Of a DNA stretch of 47,470 nucleotides, positions 15,032 to 25,322 are shown one piece after another. Position 1 is the stretch's first letter. The number at the start of each line of letters is the position of its first letter. The position numbers were made by a program, and so were the translations under genes. Under the pieces are notes generated by a model. That model did not search any database. It was not told the origin of the DNA and was given only the letters and a program-made list of their open reading frames with translations. Source of the stretch: a virus; the IMG/VR virus record IMGVR_UViG_3300045988_055181, positions 1-47,470 of that record; one strand, 5' to 3'.

Positions 15032-15673
15032 TCACCCCGTTATCAGATAAAGCACAGTTTCATCGTGCTTTTCGATTGCGTCATACTCTGCACGGGTCAA
15101 GACGCGAATAGCGGAAACATCATTTGAAAACACGTTGCCATGCCCACCGCCCGATGCGGGTACACCGGTATCTTCTTCGCCAATCCACCAGTTTCCGTTG
15201 TCGCCGATGAACGGAGTTAAGCCCTTCGCGCTTACGCCCGTGTCCTTGCCCGCAATTACCCAGTTGCCGTTATCGCCAATGGTCGGGTAAGTGTTGGCAA
15301 GCGCTTGCATTCGCTTTTCCAATGCGGTAAACGCTGTCGGAATTTCCGGCCAGTGTGCGTCACCGCTCATCGTAGGCGGGATGTATACATGAATCCTGTT
15401 TGTGCTGCGCGTTTTCTTGCCTTGCGTGCCGTGCAGCTCGAAAGCATATTCGCCTGCAACGGGAAGATTCTGCGCAGTCAGCAACACCGAGATTCCGGTT
15501 TCGTCCTGCTGCATCGGCAGGATATCCATGTTCCCACCTGCTGACACATACATTTCCCACGTCCAGTCAGGCGGGAGATCACCTGTAACTGTGATGGAGC
15601 GCGTCAGATTATCATGCTGGCGGGCAAGCACTTCACAATCTGCGGTCAGCTCCCAGTTGTTGAAATAGATCAT
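15032..15673 (-). CDS. tail fibre / baseplate upper-type protein (213 aa)
   Basis: Repeated GDNGNWxIxxxDTGV motif. Assigned by position. Confidence 0.45.
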   Translation of the reverse strand: MIYFNNWELTADCEVLARQHDNLTRSITVTGDLPPDWTWEMYVSAGGNMDILPMQQDETGISVLLTAQNLPVAGEYAFELHGTQGKKTRSTNRIHVYIPPTMSGDAHWPEIPTAFTALEKRMQALANTYPTIGDNGNWVIAGKDTGVSAKGLTPFIGDNGNWWIGEEDTGVPASGGGHGNVFSNDVSAIRVLTRAEYDAIEKHDETVLYLITG

Positions 15674-15825
15674 GTGTTCTTGCCCTCCAATGCCGCGACA
15701 CGCGCAGTCAGTGCGTCTAATGCCGCTTTGAGTGCATCGTTCCCGGCTGAGGGGTCGTTTACTTTATCGACTGCATTATCAATGTCCTCACCGCCGTACC
15801 GGCTTGTATAGTAAGTATCAGCCAT
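15670..15825 (-). CDS. 51-aa fibre-associated protein
   Basis: Starts MADTYYTSRYGGEDIDNAVDKV... Coupled to both neighbours (TAATG and ATGA). Confidence 0.45.
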   Translation of the reverse strand: MADTYYTSRYGGEDIDNAVDKVNDPSAGNDALKAALDALTARVAALEGKNT

Positions 15826-17993
15826 TAAACAACCAACCTCCTTCCGTATTTGTCTAAAATGATTTTGCCGTTCTTGTCATGGACTGCGCCAGAAGCAAGT
15901 GTTTTGGGCAACCGATAGTAAACCAGAACACAACCGGAAGCGCCATCGCCGCCGTTTGAACCAATCCCACCATCGCCGCCTTTTCCTAAAAGAGAAATTT
16001 CTGTACCATGGTTCCATGTCTTAGTCACATTGGTCGCTCCTGTGCCACCCCCGCCGCCTCCTCCGTTGCCGCCGTTGCCGCCAGAACCATACGAGGTTTG
16101 AGTTTTGGGGGGTGCTGCGTTTGCGCCTGCGCCACCGTCGCCAGTCGTAAAATCGCGTATATTATCTCCTTTGAGCGACACTAAACCATTTCCGCCATTT
16201 CGACCGACCGCGGCGCCTCCTCCTGTGCCGCCGTAACACCACGCATTTTGATTCCGTGTAATATTTTGGTCCGCTTCGCCACAGTGCCATACAATTCCGT
16301 CTTGATCTGTAATATTGAATTCATCGATGTCAAGCGGAGAACTGACTTGTGTTGTTTTTCCGCCAGACCCTTTTCCCCCACTCACGCCGTCCACACCATC
16401 TACGCAATATCTAAGTCCTAATATTGGGTCCATATATCCGTTATTTGTCGGCTGTGACCCGTTTGCAGAGGAAAAATCCCCGAATATTGTATTACCTCCC
16501 AACATTCCACTTGCGTTATCCTGTGATGCACCAAATCCGCCAGCCCCAATTACATAAGCAATCTGCATTCCCGGAACTACTTTTAATTCAGTAGTAAATA
16601 TATTCCCTCGTTCTCCTTTTCGGCCTGCCTCTCCGCCATTTCCTCCATAAGCAGCAGAATACCATAAAACACTTCCCGAACTACTCCGAATTAGTGTGCA
16701 ATGTTTGTAGTCTGATTGATTATTTCCATTCTCTCCGTTTTTCCCTTTGGTTCCTCCTTGACCGCCACCAATCAGTACGATTCTCACCGAGGTTACATTT
16801 TCCGGCACAGCCCATATTCCGCTTTTCGTCAGCACTTCGACCGTATCGTAATATTCTTGTTCTCCAATATCCTGTGGCTTATATCCGACCAGTACGCTTT
16901 CCTCTGCCGCGAGTTTGCCGGATACCGTAATATCCACACTTTCGATGGAGCCGGAGACTGTACCGCCGTAAGGATGCGCAATCTGCACCACATCGCCGGG
17001 AATTTCGCGTTTGGTTGCAATTTTGTAATTGATACGCTCATTGTGGCTGTAATACTCTGCAAGGCGTTCCGCGATAGCATTTGCATTAACAAGTGATACA
17101 AGAGTTGCTTTCTCTACCTTTATGGCGTTACCTGATTGATTCACAAGTGATCGCGTCTTAGGCTTAATTTGTTGCGTTACCTGTCGTGTAACGTGGGTGT
17201 ACTTCTTGCCATTCAGCACACCGGAACCGGCGGTAACGATAGCGTAGTTTGCGCCGCTTTCCTTGATTTCAAAGCCTGTGGCTTCGAGATCATAGCAGGG
17301 GGAATTAAACGTAATTTTATCGTCTTCCGCAGTCGTTCCGTTGAAAAGTTTAGTGACTTCTGTCGGACTCTGCGAATAGGCGTGCTCGGTTACGATAACC
17401 TCTGTAACCGGCGTTGCATATTCTACCGAGCCGCCTGCATACATTTCACTTGCAGTGATTTCGCTGGACTGTCCGTCCCACAAACCCTCAATGCGGATTG
17501 CGCCGTTGTAGTCCACTTTCAGCGTTGCGCCGACAGCAAACAGCACTTGCGCAAGGTTTTCGCGCCGAGTTGCAATAGGCAACCAACCGTAAAGTTTGAT
17601 GTTGGCAATGTTGGACTTAACATAGCAGGTCAGCGGTGAGCAAATGTCCGTACAAACTTCGCGCACGGTTTCACCGGTATAAATACCGCCGTCGTGGTAG
17701 GTTTCATCCAACAGACCAACGGTCGAGGTGCAAGTAAAGTGGTAAGTGTTGATAGATGTGCGAGAGATTGTCTGCACATAAAAAATCCCCATCTGATTTC
17801 CGTCATGGTAGAAAGTCAGTGGGGTGTTACGGATAAACTCCGTTAAACTGGTATCATCCGACTGCACATCAAAGGAAAACGTGTCGATTTCCAGCGAGGC
17901 ACTGTTCAGCGGACGCGCATAATACGCATTTCCGCTGATTACATCGTGCGCATCGAACGTGCGATCAAGATATGTGATTGTATTTGTTCCCAT
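15825..17993 (-). CDS. tail tip / minor structural protein with a glycine-rich C-terminal half (722 aa)
   Basis: Size and position after Dit and the tape measure. Multiple GGxGGxG tracts. Confidence 0.6.
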   Translation of the reverse strand: MGTNTITYLDRTFDAHDVISGNAYYARPLNSASLEIDTFSFDVQSDDTSLTEFIRNTPLTFYHDGNQMGIFYVQTISRTSINTYHFTCTSTVGLLDETYHDGGIYTGETVREVCTDICSPLTCYVKSNIANIKLYGWLPIATRRENLAQVLFAVGATLKVDYNGAIRIEGLWDGQSSEITASEMYAGGSVEYATPVTEVIVTEHAYSQSPTEVTKLFNGTTAEDDKITFNSPCYDLEATGFEIKESGANYAIVTAGSGVLNGKKYTHVTRQVTQQIKPKTRSLVNQSGNAIKVEKATLVSLVNANAIAERLAEYYSHNERINYKIATKREIPGDVVQIAHPYGGTVSGSIESVDITVSGKLAAEESVLVGYKPQDIGEQEYYDTVEVLTKSGIWAVPENVTSVRIVLIGGGQGGTKGKNGENGNNQSDYKHCTLIRSSSGSVLWYSAAYGGNGGEAGRKGERGNIFTTELKVVPGMQIAYVIGAGGFGASQDNASGMLGGNTIFGDFSSANGSQPTNNGYMDPILGLRYCVDGVDGVSGGKGSGGKTTQVSSPLDIDEFNITDQDGIVWHCGEADQNITRNQNAWCYGGTGGGAAVGRNGGNGLVSLKGDNIRDFTTGDGGAGANAAPPKTQTSYGSGGNGGNGGGGGGGTGATNVTKTWNHGTEISLLGKGGDGGIGSNGGDGASGCVLVYYRLPKTLASGAVHDKNGKIILDKYGRRLVV

Positions 17994-17996
17994 GTG

Positions 17997-18374
17997 TCAC
18001 GTCCTTTGCGGTGCCATTGCGATAAACTGAACGGAAAGTCCCGTCCAGTATGCTTCTCCGGGTTTCTTGCGAATGAGGTTATCTTGTCCAGCAGTAACAT
18101 ATGCGTTAAACGTAAGCGTGCTCTGTGCATACGGAACAACAATTCTGTGACTGTCCTGCGGTGCACTCAGAACCTCGTACAGCGCATCGTAGTCGCCGTA
18201 CTTGCCAACTGCGGGAAGAATCGTAATCTCATAGTTGTAAAACGTACCGATAATGTCGCGAATCATTGCGCCGCTGAGCGTTCGCTCTGCGTTCTCGCCG
18301 TCAAGCACCTGAAATTTACGGGTAAGGCTTGTAACAAGGACGTTGTACTTCTTGCCGTCTACGGTAAGTTCCAT
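17997..18374 (-). CDS. distal tail (Dit-like) protein (125 aa)
   Basis: Lies immediately downstream of the tape measure. Confidence 0.45.
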   Translation of the reverse strand: MELTVDGKKYNVLVTSLTRKFQVLDGENAERTLSGAMIRDIIGTFYNYEITILPAVGKYGDYDALYEVLSAPQDSHRIVVPYAQSTLTFNAYVTAGQDNLIRKKPGEAYWTGLSVQFIAMAPQRT

Positions 18375-21128
18375 TTATGCACCTCCTGTTACAAGACTCA
18401 CGCCGCGCCGCCGCGTTTCGCCGCTGTTGTACGGGCCGGTAATGCGTGCAAACTTCGCGCCGTCGATGTAAAGCTCGATAGGCTGACTGCTGTTACCCGT
18501 GCCGCCGCGTGCGTCCAGTGCCGCGTTAAACGCATCAATCATGGTAGACAGCGGGGTTTCCACGTTCACGCCGCTTTTCTGATCGCCCAACAGAGCGAGA
18601 AATTCGCTGTTCGGGCTGATAACCGCACCATTTGCAAGGGCAGGAATGTCAAGCGAATACGCAGCAGCTGGAGAATCCAGCGAAAATGCGCTTAATCCGC
18701 CACCCAATGCGCCAACAAGCGACGAAATACCACTTCCAATGCCACTTCCGATTTTGCTAATCAGGTTGATGACAAAAGAAAGAGCGTCGCCCAGTTTCGT
18801 AATGGTATCTGTCAGTCCCTTGATAATAGAAATAACAGAAAAACCGATGAACTGAACGATAGGTTTGATAATGCTCCAAATCGTTTGCAGAATCGGAGCC
18901 AGCGCAGATACTACCTTATATACTGCCTGTAACGCCGCTGCAAGAAGATTGAGAACTGCCGGAGCGGCTTCTTCGATAGTCCAGCTCGCAAGCGGAAGTA
19001 AAACGTTCTCCCATGCCCACGCAAGGCCGTTCATAATCAGGTCTACAACCGGTTCGAGCGCTGCCATGAAATTGTTAAATGCCGTGACAAGAGGTTCAAA
19101 ATTCAAACCACTTGCCCAATCCGCCGTTGCCTGTGACATTTTATCAATTCCGGCTAATACATCATCAATAATTTTGAGGATGCTCTCCCAAACAGCTACG
19201 CCATTCCCGTTGTATTCCCACGCAGATTGCAGGTTTTCAGCCAGTGATTTTATCGCATTCTCTATATTCGTGATGATGGAAAGAATATTCGAGAAGATAC
19301 TTTCGCCTAATCCTGCGTCAGTCCAAGCCGCAATAAACGCTTGACCGATAGAATTAACGAGGTTTACAACCGCCGTAATCATTTGTATCAAGGTGTTTAT
19401 CATCGTTTGTCCGGCATTACCATCATTCCACGCAGCTAAAAACGCTTGACCGATTGCGTTAATTGCCTGAACCACCGTGGTAATGAGGGTCATAATGCTT
19501 TGCAGCATGATTTGTCCCGCGTTACCATCGTTCCATGCCGCAATGAATGCTTGACCAATAGAGGTGATAATCTGAATGATCGTATTCAGCAAGTTCATAA
19601 TTGCTTGCAACATCTGTTCGCCTGTGTTGTTCGTGTTCCACGCATTGGTAAACGCCGTTGCAATGGCGGCAATCAGATCGAAGATGGTTTGCAGCATCAG
19701 TTGAATGTTGTTAAGCGTTTCAAGTCCAGTTCCGTTCGTCCAGATTGCCATAAACGACTGACCGATAGCGGAAACCATGTCTTTCAGCGCAGAAAGAGCG
19801 TTCTTTGCGCTTTCAATGGTCTGCTGTCCGTACTGCGCCCACGAATCCTGAAATACTTTCCAGAAGTCAGTGAGCCATTGCGGTGTCTGATTTTTTACTG
19901 CGGAATAATCCGTATCAAACTTAGGTGCGCTCGGGTCGGTCGTGTTATTGCTGTTATTGGTTAATTTCTGGACTGTATCAAACGATGCAAGAGCCTTTTC
20001 AGCTTTCTTCGCAGACGATGCCGTGGAATCCAGTGCATCCGTTTGCTTGTTCAGTTCCTTTGCATTTTCCTGTGCCTGCTGTGCGGTCGTACCGAACACA
20101 GACGCGATAAACTGCGCCATCTGTGCCGTTACCTGTGCAAGAGCCTGCATCAGCTTATTCAGCCATGGGATGATAGATTCATAGATAGGCTGAAACGCCG
20201 TCAGCAGGTTGCTTTTCACCTGTCCGAACGACTTTGCAAACGTTTGGTTCGCAAGCAGAGCCTTGCCCAAACGGTCAGCCATTGCCGTAAGCGCTTTGGA
20301 AATCAAGTTGAAGAACAACGCGCCCGCAACGATAGATCGCAGACGCACACCGAACGACTGTACGCCGCCCGTTGCTTTCTTCATGGACTTTTGGCTGGAA
20401 CGTCCGAAATTGGCGAATTTGGCTTTGAGCTTGTCAATCGCTGCGCCCAATTTGCCGCCGAGAAAATTTTGCAGACTTCCGACAGACGTTTTCAAGCCAG
20501 CGCCCAAACCCGCAATAACTCGTTTCAGCTTAGCCATTTTGGAATTTGTCTGACTTACGAAGTCATTCATTTCCGACTTGGACTGTTTCAGCCCGGCCTT
20601 CATGTTCTCTAACTGCGTGGTCTCATTGGCAAGGCTTTGCCGTACATTCTGACCGGCGCTGCTCATCGTGGACGATTGCTTGATCTCGGCAAGCTGTTGT
20701 TTCAGTTGTGCCGCTTTATCATCTGCGTTTCGCAGAGCTTCGCCCAATTTATCCGATTCAGCAACAAGCGAATTCAGCTTTTGCGCCGATTCCGAGAATT
20801 CCTCCTGTGGGATTGCGCCCGTTGCCGCCTGTTTCAGTTTGGTGTTGTAATCACTCTGAGCCTTTTCAATCTCAGCGTTTACTTCATCCAACCGAGCAGC
20901 CAGACGTGCGGCTTCTTTCTCCGTTGCGGCAAGGTCGGCTTGCATTTTAATGCCCTTCGTTCCGCCAGCGGCTACCTTGTTCCACTGTTCAGCAAGTTTA
21001 TGTACCTTTGCGGCTTGTTTATCTACGGCGGCTGATTGCTTTTCAATGTCTTTCGTCATTTGTGCAATCTGCTTTTTCGCTTGTTCGTCGCTTACAGTAG
21101 CGTCGATTCTGATAGAGCCATCCGCCAT
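18375..21128 (-). CDS. tail tape measure protein (917 aa)
   Basis: Long coiled-coil protein rich in A/Q/L with repeated ...IGQAFIAAWNDGNAGQ... segments. Canonical position. Confidence 0.85.
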   Translation of the reverse strand: MADGSIRIDATVSDEQAKKQIAQMTKDIEKQSAAVDKQAAKVHKLAEQWNKVAAGGTKGIKMQADLAATEKEAARLAARLDEVNAEIEKAQSDYNTKLKQAATGAIPQEEFSESAQKLNSLVAESDKLGEALRNADDKAAQLKQQLAEIKQSSTMSSAGQNVRQSLANETTQLENMKAGLKQSKSEMNDFVSQTNSKMAKLKRVIAGLGAGLKTSVGSLQNFLGGKLGAAIDKLKAKFANFGRSSQKSMKKATGGVQSFGVRLRSIVAGALFFNLISKALTAMADRLGKALLANQTFAKSFGQVKSNLLTAFQPIYESIIPWLNKLMQALAQVTAQMAQFIASVFGTTAQQAQENAKELNKQTDALDSTASSAKKAEKALASFDTVQKLTNNSNNTTDPSAPKFDTDYSAVKNQTPQWLTDFWKVFQDSWAQYGQQTIESAKNALSALKDMVSAIGQSFMAIWTNGTGLETLNNIQLMLQTIFDLIAAIATAFTNAWNTNNTGEQMLQAIMNLLNTIIQIITSIGQAFIAAWNDGNAGQIMLQSIMTLITTVVQAINAIGQAFLAAWNDGNAGQTMINTLIQMITAVVNLVNSIGQAFIAAWTDAGLGESIFSNILSIITNIENAIKSLAENLQSAWEYNGNGVAVWESILKIIDDVLAGIDKMSQATADWASGLNFEPLVTAFNNFMAALEPVVDLIMNGLAWAWENVLLPLASWTIEEAAPAVLNLLAAALQAVYKVVSALAPILQTIWSIIKPIVQFIGFSVISIIKGLTDTITKLGDALSFVINLISKIGSGIGSGISSLVGALGGGLSAFSLDSPAAAYSLDIPALANGAVISPNSEFLALLGDQKSGVNVETPLSTMIDAFNAALDARGGTGNSSQPIELYIDGAKFARITGPYNSGETRRRGVSLVTGGA

Positions 21129-21143
21129 TTATTCACCGCCTTT

Positions 21144-21677
21144 CTAATTGATCTGCGCCCAGAAAGCGTCAATAGCTTCCTTTTCCTCCTCGGAAAGTGC
21201 GGGTGCAGGGGTTAAATTACGTTTGAGACGTTCGTATTCCTGTTTCTGTTTTCCCTTCATTTTGCTTGTGTCCGTGCCTCTGATTTGCAGGGCATGAGAC
21301 ATTGCCGAATCTTCGTTAAGGCTTTCCATCATTGCCATAAACTCAAACCAGTGCAGATTGACCTTGTGCAGCTCAATGCCGAACGTCTGCCGGAACGATG
21401 CGTACAACCGTGCAGAATCGAAATCGAACCACATCATGCGTTTACCGCCGGGTTCAATCTCTCTATCGTCGCCACAGCGAATAAACCACTGCAAACCTTC
21501 CAGTGCAATGTCAATGGGTGGCATCCCTGCTCCGTAAAGCAAGGATAATGCCACCCATGCACGGTCATTATCGCTTAAATTCGGGTCGTCCAGTGCAAGG
21601 GAAATCTGAATGCCGATTCTGTAATCCGTGCGAATCAGATACCCCTTGTAAGAGCTTGGCAGGCGATCGAGCAGCAT
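21144..21677 (-). CDS. Gp15-like tail assembly protein
   Basis: Starts LLDRLPSSYKGYLIRTDYRIGIQISLAL... An alternative GTG start at 21695 is possible. Confidence 0.5.
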   Translation of the reverse strand: MLLDRLPSSYKGYLIRTDYRIGIQISLALDDPNLSDNDRAWVALSLLYGAGMPPIDIALEGLQWFIRCGDDREIEPGGKRMMWFDFDSARLYASFRQTFGIELHKVNLHWFEFMAMMESLNEDSAMSHALQIRGTDTSKMKGKQKQEYERLKRNLTPAPALSEEEKEAIDAFWAQIN

Positions 21678-21678
21678 G

Positions 21679-22071
21679 TTAAACACTGCCGACACGCTCC
21701 GCGCTGTACTTGCTCATGTTTGCTGCACGCTTCTCAACGTGGCTGTCAATGATGGGGGTAAGCTGTGCGAAGAAATCAAGGAACTGGTCGGAGGACGGAA
21801 GCACCGCACCAAACACCTTCGCGCAAGTATTTTCGCCAATCAGCGCGTCGATTTTGTCCCTAACGTCTTTGTCAAACGCTACGATATCGTCCAGAGTGTC
21901 CAGAACGTCGCCTTTCTTCTCAGAAATAGCCGTTGCCTTGTCTTTGATTTCATTCAGCAGGTCGAAAAAGCCTTTGACAAAGCTATCATCAGACAGCGGA
22001 AGGGAGATCGTCTCTCCCTTGTCGTTGACTTCAATAACCTTTACGCCGCTGTTTACGCGGATACTATCCAT
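21679..22071 (-). CDS. tail assembly chaperone (130 aa)
   Basis: Acidic small protein between the major tail protein and the tape measure. Confidence 0.5.
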   Translation of the reverse strand: MDSIRVNSGVKVIEVNDKGETISLPLSDDSFVKGFFDLLNEIKDKATAISEKKGDVLDTLDDIVAFDKDVRDKIDALIGENTCAKVFGAVLPSSDQFLDFFAQLTPIIDSHVEKRAANMSKYSAERVGSV

Positions 22072-22085
22072 TCCTCGTTACCTCC

Positions 22086-22607
22086 TTATACGGATACGTT
22101 CGCAGTGAATACCGGTGCGCCGCCGGTGATCTTAACAGTGCCCGGAATCGGGTCGCCTACATAGTTCAGCGTATATTCCAGCGTCGGGGATTCGCCGCCT
22201 GCACCGCCGTAGGTATCAACCTGTACAGATACTTCCTGTACTTCTGCAACATAAGTCGCAGTGTCACTATCACTGGTAGCATTCCACATGTCCACGTTCA
22301 GCAGCCATGCGTGAGAATCTGCCAGAGTAGCACGAGCGCGACGCTTCTTGTCGATAAACTCAAACACACCGTCGCCCTTGGTGCACTGCTGAGAAACGCT
22401 CATGGTCGGCTGATAGCCGGTAATCTCAGTAGTTGCAGAATCAGAGATAATATCCTGCTCGGTCTCAGTCTGTGCACCGTAGTCCGTAGATGCTTCGGTT
22501 ACGTTCTTGCCGATTCGTGCCCACTTTGCATCCGAATACTCGCCCATCTTGTCGGACGTATCCAGAAAGTGTGCAATCAGAGGACGTTTAATCTTTTCAG
22601 TTGCCAT
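22086..22607 (-). CDS. major tail protein (173 aa)
   Basis: Position and size. Confidence 0.6.
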   Translation of the reverse strand: MATEKIKRPLIAHFLDTSDKMGEYSDAKWARIGKNVTEASTDYGAQTETEQDIISDSATTEITGYQPTMSVSQQCTKGDGVFEFIDKKRRARATLADSHAWLLNVDMWNATSDSDTATYVAEVQEVSVQVDTYGGAGGESPTLEYTLNYVGDPIPGTVKITGGAPVFTANVSV

Positions 22608-22609
22608 TT

Positions 22610-23041
22610 TTACACCTCAACTTCATAGTTAATGGTTAAGAGGATTTGGTAATCCTCGGTTAAATCTTCGTATCGAGCGATAAGCCCCGCAGGGGTCGTT
22701 CGCTCAACAGATGTGACGGTCATTCCCTCGCCGAGATCAGGCAGGTTTTCTTCCGCCCATGCTCCCAGCTCATTCAGCAAGGATTCAACGTCGAGACGTT
22801 CCTCGCTGTCGGTCGGCAGGGCGCGATACATCACGCCGAACGGGTACTGTGCAGCATATCCGCCGTCAATGTACTGTGCGGTTTTATACGCGCTCTGTAC
22901 ACTGGTAAGCATCATGCCTGACCGTTCCGGCGGGAGATATTCAAACTCGATTTCGGGAGCATAGCCTTTCAGCCATAAAAGAACAGCCCGTGAAACACCG
23001 TCTTGTTCACGAGCTGTTACCGTGTTCAATTTCTCACTCAT
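22610..23041 (-). CDS. tail completion / head-tail joining protein (143 aa)
   Basis: Position in the connector block. Confidence 0.4.
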   Translation of the reverse strand: MSEKLNTVTAREQDGVSRAVLLWLKGYAPEIEFEYLPPERSGMMLTSVQSAYKTAQYIDGGYAAQYPFGVMYRALPTDSEERLDVESLLNELGAWAEENLPDLGEGMTVTSVERTTPAGLIARYEDLTEDYQILLTINYEVEV

Positions 23042-23432
23042 CGGTCAAAATCTTGCGCACTCCTTCCCTCCAGTGTCCCTCGTTCACCGCGCGGCTTGCC
23101 TCAAACCAGTGCGATTGCGCGTGTTTGTGCACCGCCTTACTGTATTGAAGGTCGCGCTCGGTCAACACCTTGCGCACGCCCTTAGGCGCGAATGTGCTTC
23201 CTGTTGCCGGGTCGATCATCACCTTGACGTAATACTGAAAACGTGCATACGGTGAGGCATACACGATGGTATGCCCGTGCCGCTGCACGTTCATTGCCAG
23301 TGCTCTGGTTCGCGCCGGAACAAACGGGTCGGTGTCCTTGATGATCTCCTCAACAAGCCACGCGTTCGCCTTTTCCACGCGCCTATCAAGCACGTTGTTT
23401 GGCAAGTGCAACTTCATAGAGTAACGTATCAT
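23034..23432 (-). CDS. HK97 gp10-like head-tail joining protein (132 aa)
   Basis: Sequence DTDPFVPARTRALAMNV...IVYASPYARFQYY. Confidence 0.45.
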   Translation of the reverse strand: MIRYSMKLHLPNNVLDRRVEKANAWLVEEIIKDTDPFVPARTRALAMNVQRHGHTIVYASPYARFQYYVKVMIDPATGSTFAPKGVRKVLTERDLQYSKAVHKHAQSHWFEASRAVNEGHWREGVRKILTDE

Positions 23433-23740
23433 CGTCCGCCCACCTCCAAATGCTGCAACAGGCCGTAGTCATAGCGCGAAACGCTTGTCACCCGGTATGT
23501 CTCGTGCTTCTCACGGCATTTCTGGTAACTGCCCTCGTCCGGAACGTCACCACGGGCGAAATAGTCCTTTTCAGACGATAGCGTAAGTTCGCACGGCAGA
23601 GGGATATGCAGCGTGACGGAATCCGCGCTGTTAAGTGCGGTTTTCGTCGTCGCTGTGCCTCTGGTGCTTTCCAGCAACACACCTGTAAGCACTGTTCGGC
23701 CGGACGGCTGAAAGATTGTCACAGTGTGCGGTAATTTCAT
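23429..23740 (-). CDS. head closure / adaptor protein (103 aa)
   Basis: Position. ATGA coupling. Confidence 0.4.
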   Translation of the reverse strand: MKLPHTVTIFQPSGRTVLTGVLLESTRGTATTKTALNSADSVTLHIPLPCELTLSSEKDYFARGDVPDEGSYQKCREKHETYRVTSVSRYDYGLLQHLEVGGR

Positions 23741-24912
23741 GCTGTCACCTTTGCCCTTTCAAACTGTGTCGGCAATTCTGCCGCTTCGGAAAACGCCTTG
23801 TATTCGCGCCGTAACGCTTGCAGACGTATCTTTGCATTGTCTGCTTGCTCGGTATCCCCAGCGGCTTCAAACGCCATCCTACGCCGTGTCTGCTTCCGCA
23901 TAGCTGTTTCCAACTTGCGCTGCATCTGCGTCGCTTCGTAGGCGGTGTAAGTCTTGCCCTGATACTCAAACGGCGGCGGGTCGATGTTCTTTAGTTCATC
24001 GTCCGTATAGACGCGCTCAGAAACGCCCTCCAAAAACGGATGCCGATGGTGGTGGCAGTTAGCGCCCTCCAGACCGTCAACCTGTCCCAATCCGCAAACC
24101 TTGTAGATATTCGGGTACTTGCTGCTGTCTTTCGTGGCGTATACCTTGCCTTGCCAGCGCTTATGATTTGACCAAACGTGCGGTTTGTCCTTATCGCGTG
24201 CTCCACGATGGGCGGTCACTTCGTATAAGTCGGTTTCCAACACCTCGGCCGCTTCTTCGGCATACTTGGATGTAACCTGATTCAGACCGGTTACAATAGC
24301 ACGCCGCGCCGCAACGTCTGCATGGTTCATCCAACCGGACGCATAATCAACGGTGCGAATACCGCTGTCAGCCAGTTCCCGTACAGCATCTTCAAGTGCC
24401 TGCTGCACCGTAAATCCGCCGGAGTAAACCTTCATTTCTGCCTTATCAAGCACAGCCTGATAGGCTTTTGCAATAGGACGGAACACGATTTCGCCGTTCG
24501 TCTGCACAGCAAAACCCAAAGAACGGGTAATGTTGCGGTACTCATCGAGCATTTGCTTGCGAATCAGTTCAATTTCTCGTGCCGTCACGATTTCAAGTGG
24601 CATTGTAATACCTGCCTTGTCGGACAACTCGCCGTAATACTCGCGGTTTAGCTTTACCGCACGGTCAAGCGCGCTCTGCACTTCCTCCGTGCTGGTCTTG
24701 GTATGATTTGCGATACGCCGTTCGATGGTATCCATATCCAGACCGTATGCTTTCAGCGTGCGTATGTCGTTGATCGTTACCTCATTCAGTTCGCCGGTCA
24801 GCTTGAATCGGGAGCAAATCTCACGCAACAGGTCATCTTCCATTGCGAGGATTGCTTTCACAAGCGGTTTAGGCGCGTTTTCAAGGTATTCCGGAGTAAT
24901 AGGATACTTCAT
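23737..24912 (-). CDS. head morphogenesis protein (SPP1 gp7 / Mu F-like minor capsid protein)
   Basis: Sequence ...VTAHRGARDKDKP..WQGKVY...GANCHHHRHPF. Start is coupled to the upstream stop (TGATG). Confidence 0.55.
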   Translation of the reverse strand: MKYPITPEYLENAPKPLVKAILAMEDDLLREICSRFKLTGELNEVTINDIRTLKAYGLDMDTIERRIANHTKTSTEEVQSALDRAVKLNREYYGELSDKAGITMPLEIVTAREIELIRKQMLDEYRNITRSLGFAVQTNGEIVFRPIAKAYQAVLDKAEMKVYSGGFTVQQALEDAVRELADSGIRTVDYASGWMNHADVAARRAIVTGLNQVTSKYAEEAAEVLETDLYEVTAHRGARDKDKPHVWSNHKRWQGKVYATKDSSKYPNIYKVCGLGQVDGLEGANCHHHRHPFLEGVSERVYTDDELKNIDPPPFEYQGKTYTAYEATQMQRKLETAMRKQTRRRMAFEAAGDTEQADNAKIRLQALRREYKAFSEAAELPTQFERAKVTA

Positions 24913-25304
24913 CAGCCGATACCGCCATAGAGTAGGCCAGTACCGCACAAATACTGTGCGATAAGTCGTTTTTGCCGATCTTCAATGCTCTGCACCTGTG
25001 CAGCAATAGCAGAGTTAGCGCCGTAACTGCGAGACCACGAGCCGACACTCTCAGAGGATACCGCGCCGCCGTCCGTAGAAAAGACGGCGGTTTCTGCGGT
25101 TTCCTGATTGTGCATGACTTCTGCCAGCGCACAGTTAAGGCGTTTTACCCGGTGCATTACAGTGTCGCTCAGAACGCCGTCAGAGCGTCCGAGCGTTGCG
25201 CAAGAGATAATATCCGCCGCTCTCCCTGCTACGCGGTCGTAATCCTTCTCATCAATCTGATTACCCTTGTAACAGGTGCGGTAAAAGTCATAGTTTGCGT
25301 ACAC
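24912..25304 (-). CDS. head-tail connector protein (130 aa)
   Basis: Lies after the major capsid gene. Confidence 0.4.
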   Translation of the reverse strand: MYANYDFYRTCYKGNQIDEKDYDRVAGRAADIISCATLGRSDGVLSDTVMHRVKRLNCALAEVMHNQETAETAVFSTDGGAVSSESVGSWSRSYGANSAIAAQVQSIEDRQKRLIAQYLCGTGLLYGGIG

Positions 25305-25322
25305 GGCGGATTGCTCCTTTCT

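Noticed and set aside
21660-21700. Programmed -1 frameshift joining the two tail-chaperone genes (gpG/gpGT-like)
   Set aside because: No X XXY YYZ slippery heptamer occurs at the overlap (the sequence is GCAGTGTTTAACATG). The downstream gene has its own ATG two nt after the upstream stop.
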